A DNA stretch of 64,000 nt, taken from Octopus sinensis (taxonomy: Eukaryota). Below the pieces are notes generated by a model. That model saw only the letters and a program-made list of their open reading frames with translations, did no database searches and was not told the DNA's origin. Both the position numbers and the translations under genes were made by a program. This document shows, piece by piece, positions 38,905 to 51,617 of this stretch. The stretch's first letter is position 1; each line of letters opens with the position of its first letter. The stretch covers positions 52,018,001 through 52,082,000 of the forward strand of contig NC_042999.1 in assembly GCF_006345805.1 (NCBI RefSeq), given 5' to 3'.

Positions 38905-38998
<94 letters not shown>

Positions 38999-40774
38999 CG
39001 TGTGTGTTTACATATATCACACACACACAAAGTTGAAGAATTTTCTGGTTTTAAAGTGGAGTCTTATGTCTTTGGATTTGCGATTTTGCATTCTTAGATG
39101 TGCAAGATAAATCTTAGCGAACATGGCATATTGTGGGCATTAGAAGCATCTCTTTGTCAACTAACTTCTTCGTGATGACGGCGATGACAAGAATGATGAT
39201 GATGATATTAGTGATTGGAATGATAATGATGTTGATGATCGTGATGATGATGATGTAGCATTTGGATTTTATCTTGTGATATGGCTGTTGCTTAGTTCTC
39301 TGTCAACTTTAGTCGAACACTTGTATGAAAGCAGGTAAGCATTCCAGCAGTGACCAGCCCCCCTCATCTTTTCGTTATTCATTTATTGAAGGATAGTACA
39401 GTGCTATTCAAAAGATACTTGGCTGTTATTTCTAGCAAATCGAAAGACTATGTGTCAAAGTTTTGCGTCACTGGAGAGACCAAATTGCCTGTCAATTGTT
39501 AAAGACCTGTTATGATATATAACTGCTATCTCTAACAGGTCGAGAAACCATGGAATTGCATGTGTGTTAGACCGTGTCTTAGAAACAGCAGTAAAAAGTC
39601 AGTAATATTGATAAAGTTGTGCTAAATATAAGAGCTGTGTTCAGAGCCTGATCAGAATATTAATAACACCTGGATGTATGCATCTCCAGGAATAGAATTT
39701 CCCTCACTCCTTTTGGTGGGAACGCAGCATTGTGCCATGTTTTGAAGAATTTCCACCATGAATCACTCTCCGAGAGAGTGATTCTATCTTCCATATGCAG
39801 CCGAGTGAATAATATTTGTCGTAGATTGCTTTGCCGAACCAATGTTGGTACATTAAGTCGAGGAATAAATACATTTTATTCAGGATGGAAACACACAACA
39901 TTTCATGAAAACGAAAACAGATTATAAATATGTGGAGGGCAGAAACACAATATCGACAGTAATATTGAAAAGCAATATGGTATTGGCTATTAATTTATGT
40001 ATTGTAAATCAATATATAGTACTGCTTCTCAAAAGCTTTATGAGAAAATCGATAGAATCACACAAACCCTTCTAATAAAGAATGTTTACGCGAAATGCAC
40101 CCAACATAAACTTGTTTCCCTAAACTATACTGCAAGCGAGAAATTCTTCATAACATATCTCTTTGCTCATCGAACTGTGCAGTGATCGATTCTTTGTTGT
40201 CAGAAATCTAGAAAATTAAATGAATTCATATAGCATGTTGATCAAAAGTAATATTTAGAGTTAATCTGAAATATAATTTCTGTAGAAAGTTAATGTCTCG
40301 ACGTAAAACGAAGAGGAAAAGCATTAAGAAATTATCAGAATTTAGCATTGTAACTAATTTACTCAGCACTTAGCATAATGATAACCTCTATGATTGTCAT
40401 ATTTAATTAATAATGTAACCCTTCTTGTCTCATTTATTCTGCAATCAACGTTTCATGACGTCACTTGATTCTTGTATTACACTAATGGCCAATGTGACTC
40501 AACTGCTAATTAATTATCAATGTATTAACTAATTATTTCTGTGACAATTACTGTTACTGTAATTACCTAATTGTCATAGTAACAGATATTGTCGTTGGTG
40601 TCACTAATTATAACAACACCTCTCATTATCGCTGTGACATGAAGTCATTCCAATAACAGTTATTACCACTGTAATAACTAATTGTCACTCTAATAACTAC
40701 ACTGTCACAACTAATTATTTTTGTAACAGATATTGTCACTCTTCTAACTAATTATCATTCTAATAATTAATTAT

Positions 40775-40962
40775 TAGGTTCAAATTTTGGCTCAAGGCCA
40801 GCAATTTCGGGGAAGTATTCAGATGGTACTTATTTTAAAGACGCCGAAAGGAAGACAGGCAAAGTCGACTTCAGCAGAATCTGAACTCAGAACGTACGAC
40901 AGACGAAATGCTGTTAAGTATGTTGTCCGGCGTGCTAACGATTCGGCCAATTCGCTCGACGC
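40775..40962 (-). mobile_element. SINE family A, diverged
   Basis: Reverse complement matches the family A head. Confidence 0.7.
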
Positions 40963-41247
40963 CTCACTGTAATCTATATAATAATCTACTTGTTCGTTCG
41001 CCCGTTATACTTTTGTTAGAGAAGTGGAGAGAGAGATAGAGAGAGAGAGGAGGGTGGAGAAGATTGTGAGTAAAGAAGAAAGAAGTAGAGAAAGATATAT
41101 AATAAGGCTAAGTGCATTACCAGCCGAAGAGCAAGAGAGAAAAGAGGGAAAGAGAAGTGTTAATGGCGTGCTGTAGACTGGGGTGTGAAAGGTAAATAGA
41201 GAGAGAGATATGTTTAGGATACAATATTTAGTAGAGGGTAAAGAGAA

Positions 41248-41309
<62 letters not shown>

Positions 41310-41423
41310 TGGAAGATAGCGTTAGTATCGTTAGAGTAGAGACACATCGACAGCAAAAAACGTAGATATAAAGAAACAGCTGGACTGAAATGAAAGAGTG
41401 AGCTTTCTAACTGAAAACTATAG

Positions 41424-41469
<46 letters not shown>

Positions 41470-42090
41470 GGTGATAGTAGTAGTGGTGGTGGTAGTAGTA
41501 GTGGTGATGGTGGCGGTGTGTTGATAGTGAAAATATATTGTTTTATTGAAGTAAATATTATTCTTTTACATGTTCGCTCACACTTTACGGTTTAATTTGT
41601 TAGAGATGAGGAGGAGGTGGAGTGAGAGAGAAAGAAAAAGAGAATGTGATAGTGAGTGAGTGACCAGATAGCCAGTTGGTGCACTCATGTTGTCACTCAT
41701 GTGGTTAGTAGAAGTGAGCGGTGAAAGAGAAAGAGAGAAATGTTAAAGACATGAAGAGAGGAATTACATGGATAAAAAGTTTATAGAAGTAAAGAGAAAG
41801 AGAGAAATATAAAGTGCTTCGCAGAAAGAAATTTTATAATCATATAATATATAATTGGGACTTAATGTGGAATATCGATGCACCGATATATAGACTTTCA
41901 ATGTAGTTATCTTCCGATCATAAACTGTAGGTACTAAGGCCGAAATAGGCCAAGTGGTCAGGATTGCCGACGTCTATGTGAGGGTGTATGTACGGGTATG
42001 TGTTGATGTGAAAGTGTGAGTGTATATGCCTATACAAATCCAGTTCTAGGTTACTAAGTATATCAATCCTTGGCCCACTAGACGTTTTAG

Positions 42091-42157
<67 letters not shown>

Positions 42158-42300
42158 CATAAATGAGGGCAAAGGAAAAAAAATTCTAATGCCAAATATG
42201 CCGAAAAATTGGACATATTGTCCATTAACCATATAATTTTTTCACAATACGCACGCTACTCGAAAAAAGGTCGACAGAAATTTCTAAAAAATTCCATTAT

Positions 42301-42358
42301 TACCATATCGGACCGATTTCAGAGTTAGCTACTAAGAGCCCTCTCTTCGTCAGTGATA
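42301..42358 (-). ncRNA. complete type-I hammerhead ribozyme
   Basis: TATCA-CTGACGA-AGAG-(agggctc TTAG tag CTAA)-CTCT-GAAA-TCGG-T-CCGA-TA-TGGTA: 5-bp stem I, perfect core, 4-bp stem II, stem III TCGG/CCGA, AUA triplet; predicted cut between 42306 and 42305. Confidence 0.85.
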
Positions 42359-42887
42359 CATGTGGCAAAAGAAATAAATGAGATACTTACTCATACCCAT
42401 GGAAGAAGCAAATACTATGTCATGGGCAAAACTAAGTACCCCCAAATACATCCAAAATAGAAATAATCCAGCCCATTCGAGGCACGTGCGATTTGAACTG
42501 AGGCTCTCACAGAGTGAGTTAGTTAGTTCGGAAGTGAACGCTTAAATTTATATCAAATGTGAGGATAAAATTCTTTTCGAAAAAAAATATTTTCTCGAAA
42601 AGAATCTTATCAATGGCCAGCATATTGAAAAATACCTTTAACGGTTAAATTTATAAACAATTCATAAATGAGGGCAAAGGAAAAAAATTTCTAATGCCAA
42701 ATATGCCGAAAAATTGGACATATTTTCCATTAATCATATAATGTTTTCACAATACGCACGCTACTCGAAAAAAGGCTGGAGTATTTCTATTTTGGATGTA
42801 TTTTGGGTACTTAGTTGTGCCCATGACTTAGTATTTGCTTCTTCCATGGGTATGAGTAAGTATCTCATTTATTTCTTTTGCCACATG

Positions 42888-42945
42888 TATCACTGACGAA
42901 GAGAGGGCTCTTATTAGCTAACCCTGAAATCGGTCCGATATGGTA
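42888..42945 (+). ncRNA. type-I hammerhead ribozyme (inverted copy)
   Basis: Same motif; stem II AGAG/CCCT has one mismatch; predicted cut between 42940 and 42941. Confidence 0.8.
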
Positions 42946-43224
42946 ATAATGGAATTTTTTAGAAATTTCTGTCGACCTTATTTCGAGTAGCGTGCGTATT
43001 GTGAAAAAATTATATTGTTAATGGACAATATGTCCAATTTTTCGGCATATTTGGCATTAGAATGTTTTTCCTTTGCCCTCATTTATGAATTGTTTATAAA
43101 TTTAACCGTTAATGGTATTTTTTAATATGCTGGCCATTGATAAAATTCTTTTCGCGAAAATATTTTTTTTCGAAAAGAATTTTATCCTCACATTTGATAT
43201 AAATTTAAGTGCTCTCTCTCTTCC

Positions 43225-43279
<55 letters not shown>

Positions 43280-44817
43280 ATATATAATGCAATATAACAC
43301 ATATGTCTGTAAGTGTATGTGTATGTTCCTGTATGTAATGGCTGGAAACATGCTAATTTGCTATGTTCCTGTTCCATGAGAAAAAATATTTCGCGGTTTT
43401 TGTTGCCGTTCTTTAACTTCTGTATTCAAATCGTGAAGTTTGCCTTTCCTTTCTCCTTTAATGAAATACCGATCTAGTAGTTAGCTTGGTGGCATCGGCT
43501 GAGTCCCATTTGCTAAAAATTGTTAGCCTTCTGTCCAAATTAGAAACAATGACACATATCAATACATATTCACATACACCTCTCACGAGACACTGAAACC
43601 TACATCCAGACATACTCACACACATAGAGTATACGTTTACTTGTTAGCGTCAGCAAAGAAAAAAATACTCAATCTAGTTCGAGAAAGTATCATTATGCAT
43701 ATGAGTGTGTGTTTTAATTGTGTTAGTGTGAAATTCATGTATATTTTGTTATTAATGCACCTCATACTAGTGTAGATGAAAGGTGTTTCAATCGTTACCA
43801 TTTTGTCATCTACGAATGTACAGGGAACTCACGCGCACTTTAATGAGAGAGAGAGATTGGAAAGTTACACACTCGACCGTAAAACAACATCTCAAATATA
43901 TTTGAGTCACACAATGGAGCTTGAAGGGCCTTGATGCATAAAGTAACAACCGACAGACACTCGCCCACTTCTAGATATATGCTTTGAACACATAAGCACA
44001 AAACCTCAAAACTGTGGCAGAGGATATGTACGGCTAAGTCGATGAACACACTGTATAACAGGTACTGAAGTATAGGTGCTGTTTATTAGATAATTAAATG
44101 TGGAACGTAATCGAGCGAAATGGTTTTCGCAGACATCGTCTAGTCTAGAAATGTTAGCGAAGAAATTATGATTAAAACTGGAATAAAATGAATCAAATGC
44201 TGAAGCTCTGTGAAAACTTTAATGTTCAGAGACATGAAGTAAATGTTTCGAAACTGGAATATTTTGTTGATTTAAGAAGAAAGACTAGAAAAAAAAAAGA
44301 AGAAAAGAAATCAATGCTTTATCACCAGTTGTAACCGGTTTGAATCAGTAAGTCACACTATATTGTTTTTATGATGAGTTCATTAGAAGTAAATAACCGG
44401 AGAAAACCAGATTGCCTACAGCTAACTGATGGTTTCTGAACAAAGAAAAGATAACAAAGAACGTCACGCAGAAGAACATAGCAACAACAACAACAACAAC
44501 AATCAAAAGAAAAAAAGCATAAACAATAGCTTTCATTAATACTTTCATAAACTATTGTTCTAATTACTTGCAAAAATCGATAAAAATAGGTAAAGCTAAT
44601 ATTGATTTAACTTTTATGAAAGAAAATGAAACGCTGTAAACACATTAAAAGCGAATATTTAAAAATTTCAAATATAACATTGTTTTGATTTCTCTCGGAG
44701 ATCGATACTGCAAAGAAAGAAGCAAGAGAAGAGCAACGAGAGATAAATAGCCGGAAGATAACTAAATTATCTCCGACATTTATCTCTGGCTATGGCACAA
44801 TGGAGAATTTGATGTTT

Positions 44818-44843
44818 TGACGTCAAATAATGGGTCACGTGAC
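44818..44843. promoter_or_regulatory. CRE palindrome plus E-box/CLEAR-type palindrome
   Basis: TTTGACGTCAAA (44816-44827) and GTCACGTGAC (44834-44843) within 30 bp in a locally CpG-rich segment. Confidence 0.3.
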
Positions 44844-44984
44844 ACTATGGTACCGGCTGCGCTGACGAGAGAATCCTGACGAACGACTTTCTCTTGTTCG
44901 TTCTAACTATTACTGACATCCATATTTGCTTAACATCAGCATTTTCATACGACAGTGCGGGACAGGATATATGTCATTGATCTA

Positions 44985-45318
44985 TGTATGTATGTATGTA
45001 TGCATGTATGTATGTATGTATGTATGTATGTATGTATGTATGTATGTATGTATGTATGTATGTATGTATGTATGTATGTATGTATGTGTGTGTGTGTATG
45101 TATGTATGTATGTATGTATGTATGTATGTATGTATGTATGCATGCATGTATGTATGTATGTGTGTGTGTATGTATGTATGTATGTATGTATGTATGTATG
45201 TATGTATGTATGAATGTATGTATGTATGTATGCATGTATGTATGTATGTATGCATGCATGCATGCATGTATGTAAGTGTGTTTATGTATGTATGTATGAA
45301 TGTATGTATGTATGTATG

Positions 45319-45352
<34 letters not shown>

Positions 45353-45408
45353 TGTATGTATGTATGCATGCATGTATATATGTATGTATGCATGTATGTA
45401 CGTATGCA
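44985..45408. repeat. ~420-bp (TATG)n microsatellite
   Basis: Direct reading; source of all ORFs at 44926-45506. Confidence 0.95.
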
Positions 45409-45524
45409 TCTCTGGTATTTTAGTACTTCAGTTCAAGTTTAAAGGAGAAAAAAAGGGATTTGTGAGTGTTACCGTGACATCACAATTCTGGAAGCTGTCA
45501 GCATAGTACTATACTTTCGTTCAA

Positions 45525-46515
45525 CAGGCTGATGGACGGTATCTCTCCTATAAGCAACTCCGAATTACAAAGTGGTTTTATATCAGGTAGAGAAACAATC
45601 GATATGATATTGTCTGCTAGATCGATACAAAAGAAATGCACTGAACAGTAGATGCATTTTTATCAAGTCTTTGTTGAGTTAGCAAAAAAATGTTCGATAC
45701 AATTAACTGAGAGGGCATTGTGGACAATTCTTAGAATGGTCGAGTGCCTTCTGTTTTGTTAGTATGTTTAAGAGTTTGCACGAAGACATGAAGGCTGGAG
45801 TTGTCTTTCATGAAAAAATTTTCTGACAAAGTTCCAATTGACAATGGAGCAAGGCAACATTCAGGCTCCCACACTCTTTTTATTATTCTCTGCTGTTCTG
45901 CTTACGTATGCATTCCACAAGTGTGATAAGTATGTTCTCTTGCTGTTTAGAAATTCTGGAAGAGCTTCCAGCTTGAGAAAGTTCAACTTCAAGTCGGAGA
46001 CGTTTGAACTTTGATCAAGGAACTTCTTTATATAGATGATGTCGATTTCCTCGTTCGCTCTGCTGATGACATACAATACATTATGAATCGTTATACTGCT
46101 TCATGTATGGTCTTTGATCATAAAGAAAGTCTGAAAAAAAATACAGCGATGGAATGTTCAAACGTGCATCAGGCGAACAGCTTTGTTTACCTGGGTAGCA
46201 TGTAATCGAGAGATGGCTCCCTAGACGCAAGAAATATCTACGCATTGAGAAAGCTTCTGCAGTATTTAGGGAGCTTAAAAGAAGAATCTGAGCAAATGGC
46301 ATGAGTACTTATGGCTCCATTGTGCTCTTCTGACACCTACACAATACACTGTGGGTATCTGAAGCTGCTTGAGTGTTCTCATCAAAAATGATTGAGAGAC
46401 ATACTGAACATCAATAGGTTGGATTTTTGCTCCTTTTACGTGAAACCGTGTATTCCTAGGTGTTTGCATAAATTTGTTGTTAAATATCTCAACGCACCTG
46501 TATGATAGGTACAAA
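45525..46515 (+). mobile_element. RTE-clade LINE RT fragment (decayed)
   Basis: QSGFISGRETIDMILSARSIQKKCTEQ...IKELLYIDDVDFLVRSADDIQYIMNRY...FVYLGS; YADD-like motif, many stops and frameshifts. Confidence 0.85.
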
Positions 46516-46639
46516 TGAGAATTCATAGGTAAGTTCCCCTTAAACTCAGAACTTTAACTCGGCACAAATGTTCTCTTCTTCCTGAACATTTGATTGTACA
46601 TTCACATCTGCCGGGCAACTGACCTCTACAACTCTGCAT

Positions 46640-47455
46640 GACGTTATTTCCTGTCCTACGGAGCAATATCAAGTTTGTTATGTTTGCACAGAATTGATGT
46701 TTTTATTGGAGTATTCCAAGAGTATTCCTTGTTTTTAAAGGTGTGAATACTTGCTGGTTCTGACATGTCTTTTATGTACCTAATAGGGCAATCCTGCCTA
46801 TGGACAGCATTTAAAATTGGTTTTGCAGCTATATCATGCGTCTGGGACGGGTAGGCACTCGTAGGCATTTTGGGGAGGCTACTGATGACATGGGTAAAAT
46901 CTTCCACACTGGTATAGCAGAGCCTGCATTTTTTTATGACAACGTGGCGGTTGGAGGTTCGTTGGTGGCTTTATCTCTCTTGTTTAGCAGGTACTTAACA
47001 TATATGTCCCTGGGTCGACGTTGATGTGAATTTTCTCTGCTTTGTCGACAATATTTCTTCAGTTGACTATCATGCATGATAACTATTTTGCCCAGACTTA
47101 TATCTCGTGAGAATATGGTAACTAGTTCTAATTGTCTCTTGACGTTGGTTATATTGCCAGAATATAAATTTAAATCATCAACAAAAATTGTGTAGAAGAC
47201 ATTTTCTTTTTCTGCATATCCGAGCCGCCTTGTTTTCCTTTTAGGTGGACGCGGCCTATGTCACTGTTCATGTGGAAATTATGTGTACTAGTTAGTGTCT
47301 TCTGGGTTTTCACATCAATGGTTCGGAACTCATCCAGCGTCCAGTCAAGCAGCCAAAATGTTGGTATGAGTACTGGCACTTCAAAAACATTGTGGGTAAC
47401 TGTTTTATTGAATGCAGAGCGTTCCGAGGTCCAAATTTTCTTTATTCGGCAGTAA
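46640..47455 (-). mobile_element. R4/Dong-like LINE fragment (RT C-terminus, zinc-knuckle region, start of REL endonuclease)
   Basis: LDWTLDEFRTIDVKTQKTLTSTHNFHMNSDIGRVHLKGKQGG and HVISSLPKMPTSAYPSQTHD...WNTPIKTSILCKHNK. Confidence 0.8.
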
Positions 47456-47519
47456 TATTCTTTAGTGACACGTGTATGTATGTATGCATGTATGTATGTA
47501 TGTAAGTATGTATGTATGC

Positions 47520-47846
47520 TTATAGATACTTAAATTATAAACTTCTAGAATATTTTCGAATAAGGTTTTACCTTTCTGGTTTTGAGAAGCCTAATTTCTC
47601 AAGTGTTACATATCCAAGTGCTCTAATAATTACATGTATAAACCTGAACTTCTAATCTGGATAGAATAAGAGCATATTTCTTAAAAATTCAGCGTACGTA
47701 GGTATTTTCTATTTAACTGATCTTCAGCTTTATGTTAACATCCGCTGGGCACCTAAATTCCACAACCATGCACAGTTCTTCTTCTCTATCCCAAATCATT
47801 GTACCAGGTCTGTTGTGCTTACATCTTATTGAGGTTTTCACTGGTG
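47520..47846 (-). mobile_element. R4/Dong-like LINE 3' fragment (REL endonuclease) embedded in (TACA)n
   Basis: [42 protein letters not shown] (degenerate PD-(D/E)xK-type motif); (TACA)n on both sides. Confidence 0.8.
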
Positions 47847-48949
47847 CATATATGTGTGTATGAATGTGTGTATGTATGTATGTATGTATGTATGTATGTA
47901 TGTATGTATGTATGTATGTATGTATTAATGTATGTATACATATGTATGTCTGTATGCGTGTATGTGTACATGCACATATATACATGTAAGTATATAACGC
48001 TAAATAGATATGCATATATATTTTATGCATATACGTACAAGCTCCATCTGATGAATATATTTATAAGCTACTTCCGTATCTTGTGAATATATACAAACGG
48101 CTGTGTATAAATGCGTGCGCATGTCAGTGGTTATCTACACGCTCGTCTATGTGAGGTTGTATCAATTCATCATTGCATGTACACTTATCTCTATAGTATA
48201 GAATGAATGCGTACGTTCCACCATGGCAATTGGATACTTCATTTCTCTTTACTGCACCAATAAATGCATTATGCTGTAAAATGTACAGAAGCATGGATTT
48301 TCAATTTAGAAGAGAATTGTATATGTTGGTGCGAGTTTCGTTTATTGGAACATAACAAATAGAAGTAACGCAGTTATAAGAATTGATGTTGCTACTGAAA
48401 TATTTAACAGTAATATATAGAAAGCTAACTGGACTCTAGCAAAGATCTGTAATTGATAATCTAGCGCGAAAAATTGAACAATGATGGAAAGGGTGAATTA
48501 TGTAAGCCTTTTTATCGATTTCGAAATGATATTTTCCACAGAATTATAAGAGAATGCAACCTCAAATATGATGGAGAATTATCGCGGACATTTCAAATAT
48601 ATTGAATAAACCACGAAAAAAAAAGAAACGAAAACAAAAGAAAAGAACTTGACAAGATTGATATCAAACGAGATAAAATTGTGAAAAATGTGGAGTAAAA
48701 ACGAGATGATTTTAGGTAAGAATCTTGTGCGAGGTCATTGGTAAATACATTCTCAGTTGAACTGTAACAAACAGAATCAAAATATGAGAAGCGTTAGAAT
48801 TGTAGAAGAATTATTAGTATAAAACTTATTTCTGCTATAGTGTCATGGAGATCCTTTTAGAACCATTTAGCTTTCGAGAGTAAAGTGTTTGCAGAAATTA
48901 TACATCATTCTACACATTTCAATGTTGTTACATCTTGAATTATACCACC

Positions 48950-49320
48950 TGTAGAATGTACCAAGCATCGAACGTCAGAATTCTCCAGTGTTATATTCTG
49001 TACATGAGTGATAAACTGTTGTATAGTGAAATTGTATACCCTCCCACTAAAAAGTGGTAGGATACAACCATTATAAATAAACCAGTAGCCGGTCGTTAAG
49101 AGCGAGTCGAGAGCTGAAGAGTTGAGAGTCGACAGTTCTAGTCGGTGTTTTGTGGCGCTATCAGCGATAGTAAGACAGAAGAAGTTTTTGTATTACTATT
49201 CCGGTAAGAAGAGATACGACGGTATCCGATGACTAGTAACTATTGTGGCTACTAGCATAAAACAGCAACTACAGTACAACGGCAGTTATACATTTACCGG
49301 TGGGAGGAACCCACATTACA
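48950..49320 (+). mobile_element. possible solo LTR
   Basis: TG...CA ends, TATAAATAAA at ~49072, composition distinct from flanks; no target-site duplication found. Confidence 0.25.
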
Positions 49321-49899
49321 ACAAGGAGGAATTCCAACCACGTTTCGTGGTTCGCTACCTCAACAGCTCCTTTATCGGATCAAGTAGCTAAAGACTACAT
49401 CAGGAGGAACCACATCCAATTTCGGTCCCTACTCCTCTTCCGTTTTCGACGTGGCGTAGCCCCACCTTTCGGGGGTGTCTTCGGTTCTGGTGTTGAGTGC
49501 ATTTCTTCTTTCTCATTTTTTCTTTTGTTCTTTGGTTTCTTCGACGCAGCGTCAACGAATGTCTGCGGGCGAATGACCATCCTGCCAAATTTCCCTGTAA
49601 ATACTCGCCAGTAGGCTCCAGCAGTCATTACCAGCTATCTGTCACGTGACGCTGTCTAAGCTTCAACTGACCAATGGAAGGGAAGGGTGCGTAGTTTTAG
49701 CCCGCGCCCTCTCTAAACCTGCTTTCCAACAGTGTCGTGTTAGTTTCAGTTCCAGCAGCCAAAGCTGACCAGCTGTTTGGTGGTACATGCCTTCGAACCA
49801 GGAGGAGGGCGCGCTATGAACAAGATTGCTACCTTGGCCCACCTGCCAATCAGCGATGCTGCTTAAGTGTCAGCCAGCCTCACCTAGCGACGCTATTTC

Positions 49900-50720
49900 C
49901 TAGTCGGCATGTTATGGCTTTCAAGCCGTTTTGGGTCTTCTCCTTTCAGCCACATATAGAGGCTGCCTTTTCGACTGCCTCCTGTATCCTCCTTATTTTT
50001 CTCAGCTCTGAGCTCAAAAATGCAAACCATCTTTGAAATAACATCGCCATTTTCCTTTCAATGAAGGCTCTAGCCCCCACTGCCAGGTAGTAATACTCGA
50101 CAGTCCATCCCTGTTCTCTCTACTCTTCGATTAATCTCCCATACCTCTTCTCCTTCCGTTGCTCTGCATTAGCGATGTTCTCTTCCCATGCCACTGTCAG
50201 CTCTAGCAAAATTCCAATTTTCCGTTGTGTTCCATAGGATTAAGTCCGGTCTTTTTGTTGTTTTTATGAGTGGAAATGTTAAAGTCTTTCCAAAACCGCA
50301 GCCAACTCCCATTATCTCTTCCATCTTACGCTTGTCACGTATACTTTTTTTAAAAGGCCTATTCTTAAGTCCTTTCCCCTCCTTCTGGAAGTATATCCTT
50401 CTGTGCTTTTCCACTTTTGGGTACTCTCCTCTATTATATCCCTCGATCTTCTCCTTGAGTGCTGCGCTTATGACACCGAGGACTTGATTGTGGCGTCATG
50501 TATATCTGTCTAGTGCTAGCCTGCAGCTTGACAGAACATGTCGCACCGTCGCTTTCTCACCGCATCTACATTCATCAGTTGTTTGTATGTTCCACCGGAC
50601 TAAGTATGCCGGTGAAGATAAAACGTAGACTTGATCAGGAAGAATGTTCTTGTTTGTTCCCAAGCCCAAAGCTCCTTCTATGAGATTCCGCGACTGACTA
50701 TATATTCCTCCAATCTCAGA
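49900..50720 (-). mobile_element. HERO-like (R2 superfamily, REL) non-LTR retrotransposon 3' fragment
   Basis: CRCGEKATVRHVLSSCRLALDRYT*RHNQVL (CCHC/RHN), TFPLIKTTKRPDLILW, LLELTVAWEENIANAEQRKEKRYGRL...GWTVEYYYLAVGARAF. Confidence 0.85.
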
Positions 50721-51168
50721 TACTAATTAAACTATCTTTCATAATTTAGACGATCTGAACAATTGCAGTTTTAGTGTAGAATATTCACACAAGTTTCTTA
50801 CCTAAAAGCGTCTCACTTTTACTCAACATGTTTTACAATTTTACTTCGTCTGATATCAATCTTACAAATTTCTTTTTCTTTTTTCTGTTCATATTTTCTT
50901 TCTAGTTCATGATTTACTCATTGCATTTGAAGTGTTCTCTAGAGTTCTGCGGGGTTTACACAGATTTATTTCGGATTAATAACCGAACAGAACTGAAGTA
51001 TTTTATGGTTTAGAAATATCTAGATTAGCCATGCTAGTTATATAGGTTCACCAGGAAATCAAAGGCTTGAAGATATAGGATTGGAGCGAATTATTCAGGA
51101 CCTTTGAGAATTAATGTAGCACTTGATATGTGTAGTAAAAGTGTCCATATATGGAAGAGAGGGAGAGT

Positions 51169-51200
<32 letters not shown>

Positions 51201-51504
51201 AAGGGTGAGAGAGAAAGGGTGAGAGAGAAAAAGAGAGTTTATATAACATTCTCTCTATTGGAGGATATTTTCAAAAGTTCTGTGTACGTTAGGAAGGGAT
51301 GAAATATTAAAGATATACATTGTCAGGAGTAATGAATGAAAAACAGAAAAATGGAATAATTTTGGTTCCTGATTAATTTCCTTTTAATTGTTAATTTGAT
51401 GAGAAGGGTTATTCACTATTTGATTGAAAAATTTCTAAGGATGTAATCACAATTCACGAGGCTGATGGATTGTAAGAATTTACAAGGCTAACGACTTTTC
51501 TTAC

Positions 51505-51617
51505 TTGGATTGTTGTTGGCAAACATTTTCAATCTGAACTTTGGGATCTGCCTTTGGAATCGGCATCTGAAGAGGCGGAGTTACGCATTGATTAGAAAAC
51601 TGTCTTAATCGTGGATT
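51505..51617 (-). CDS. candidate internal exon
   Basis: cccttcaag acceptor, open NPRLRQFSNQCVTPPLQMPIPKADPKVQIENVCQQQS, strong donor gtaaga; phase-compatible with 58449-58489. Confidence 0.3.

Larger units (their letters stand above)
42154..43209 (-). mobile_element. non-autonomous HHR-bearing element: 505-bp monomer + 117-bp direct repeat + 434-bp inverted copy (retrozyme / PLE pLTR-like)
   Basis: 42154-42270 repeats at 42659-42775; 42776-43209 is the reverse complement of 42154-42470 followed by 42541-42658; no long ORF. Confidence 0.85.

Noticed and set aside
39761-39783. 10-bp-stem hairpin AATCACTCTC-CGA-GAGAGTGATT
   Set aside because: Too short and isolated to assign a function.
40460-40770. 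Spaced recurring ttgtcact/aactaatt motifs superficially like a CRISPR array
   Set aside because: A degenerate minisatellite with irregular units in eukaryotic DNA; no cas genes.
51568-51604. CTGAAGAG...GAAAACTGTC
   Set aside because: Stem II cannot close next to GAAA; overlaps a candidate exon on the other strand.
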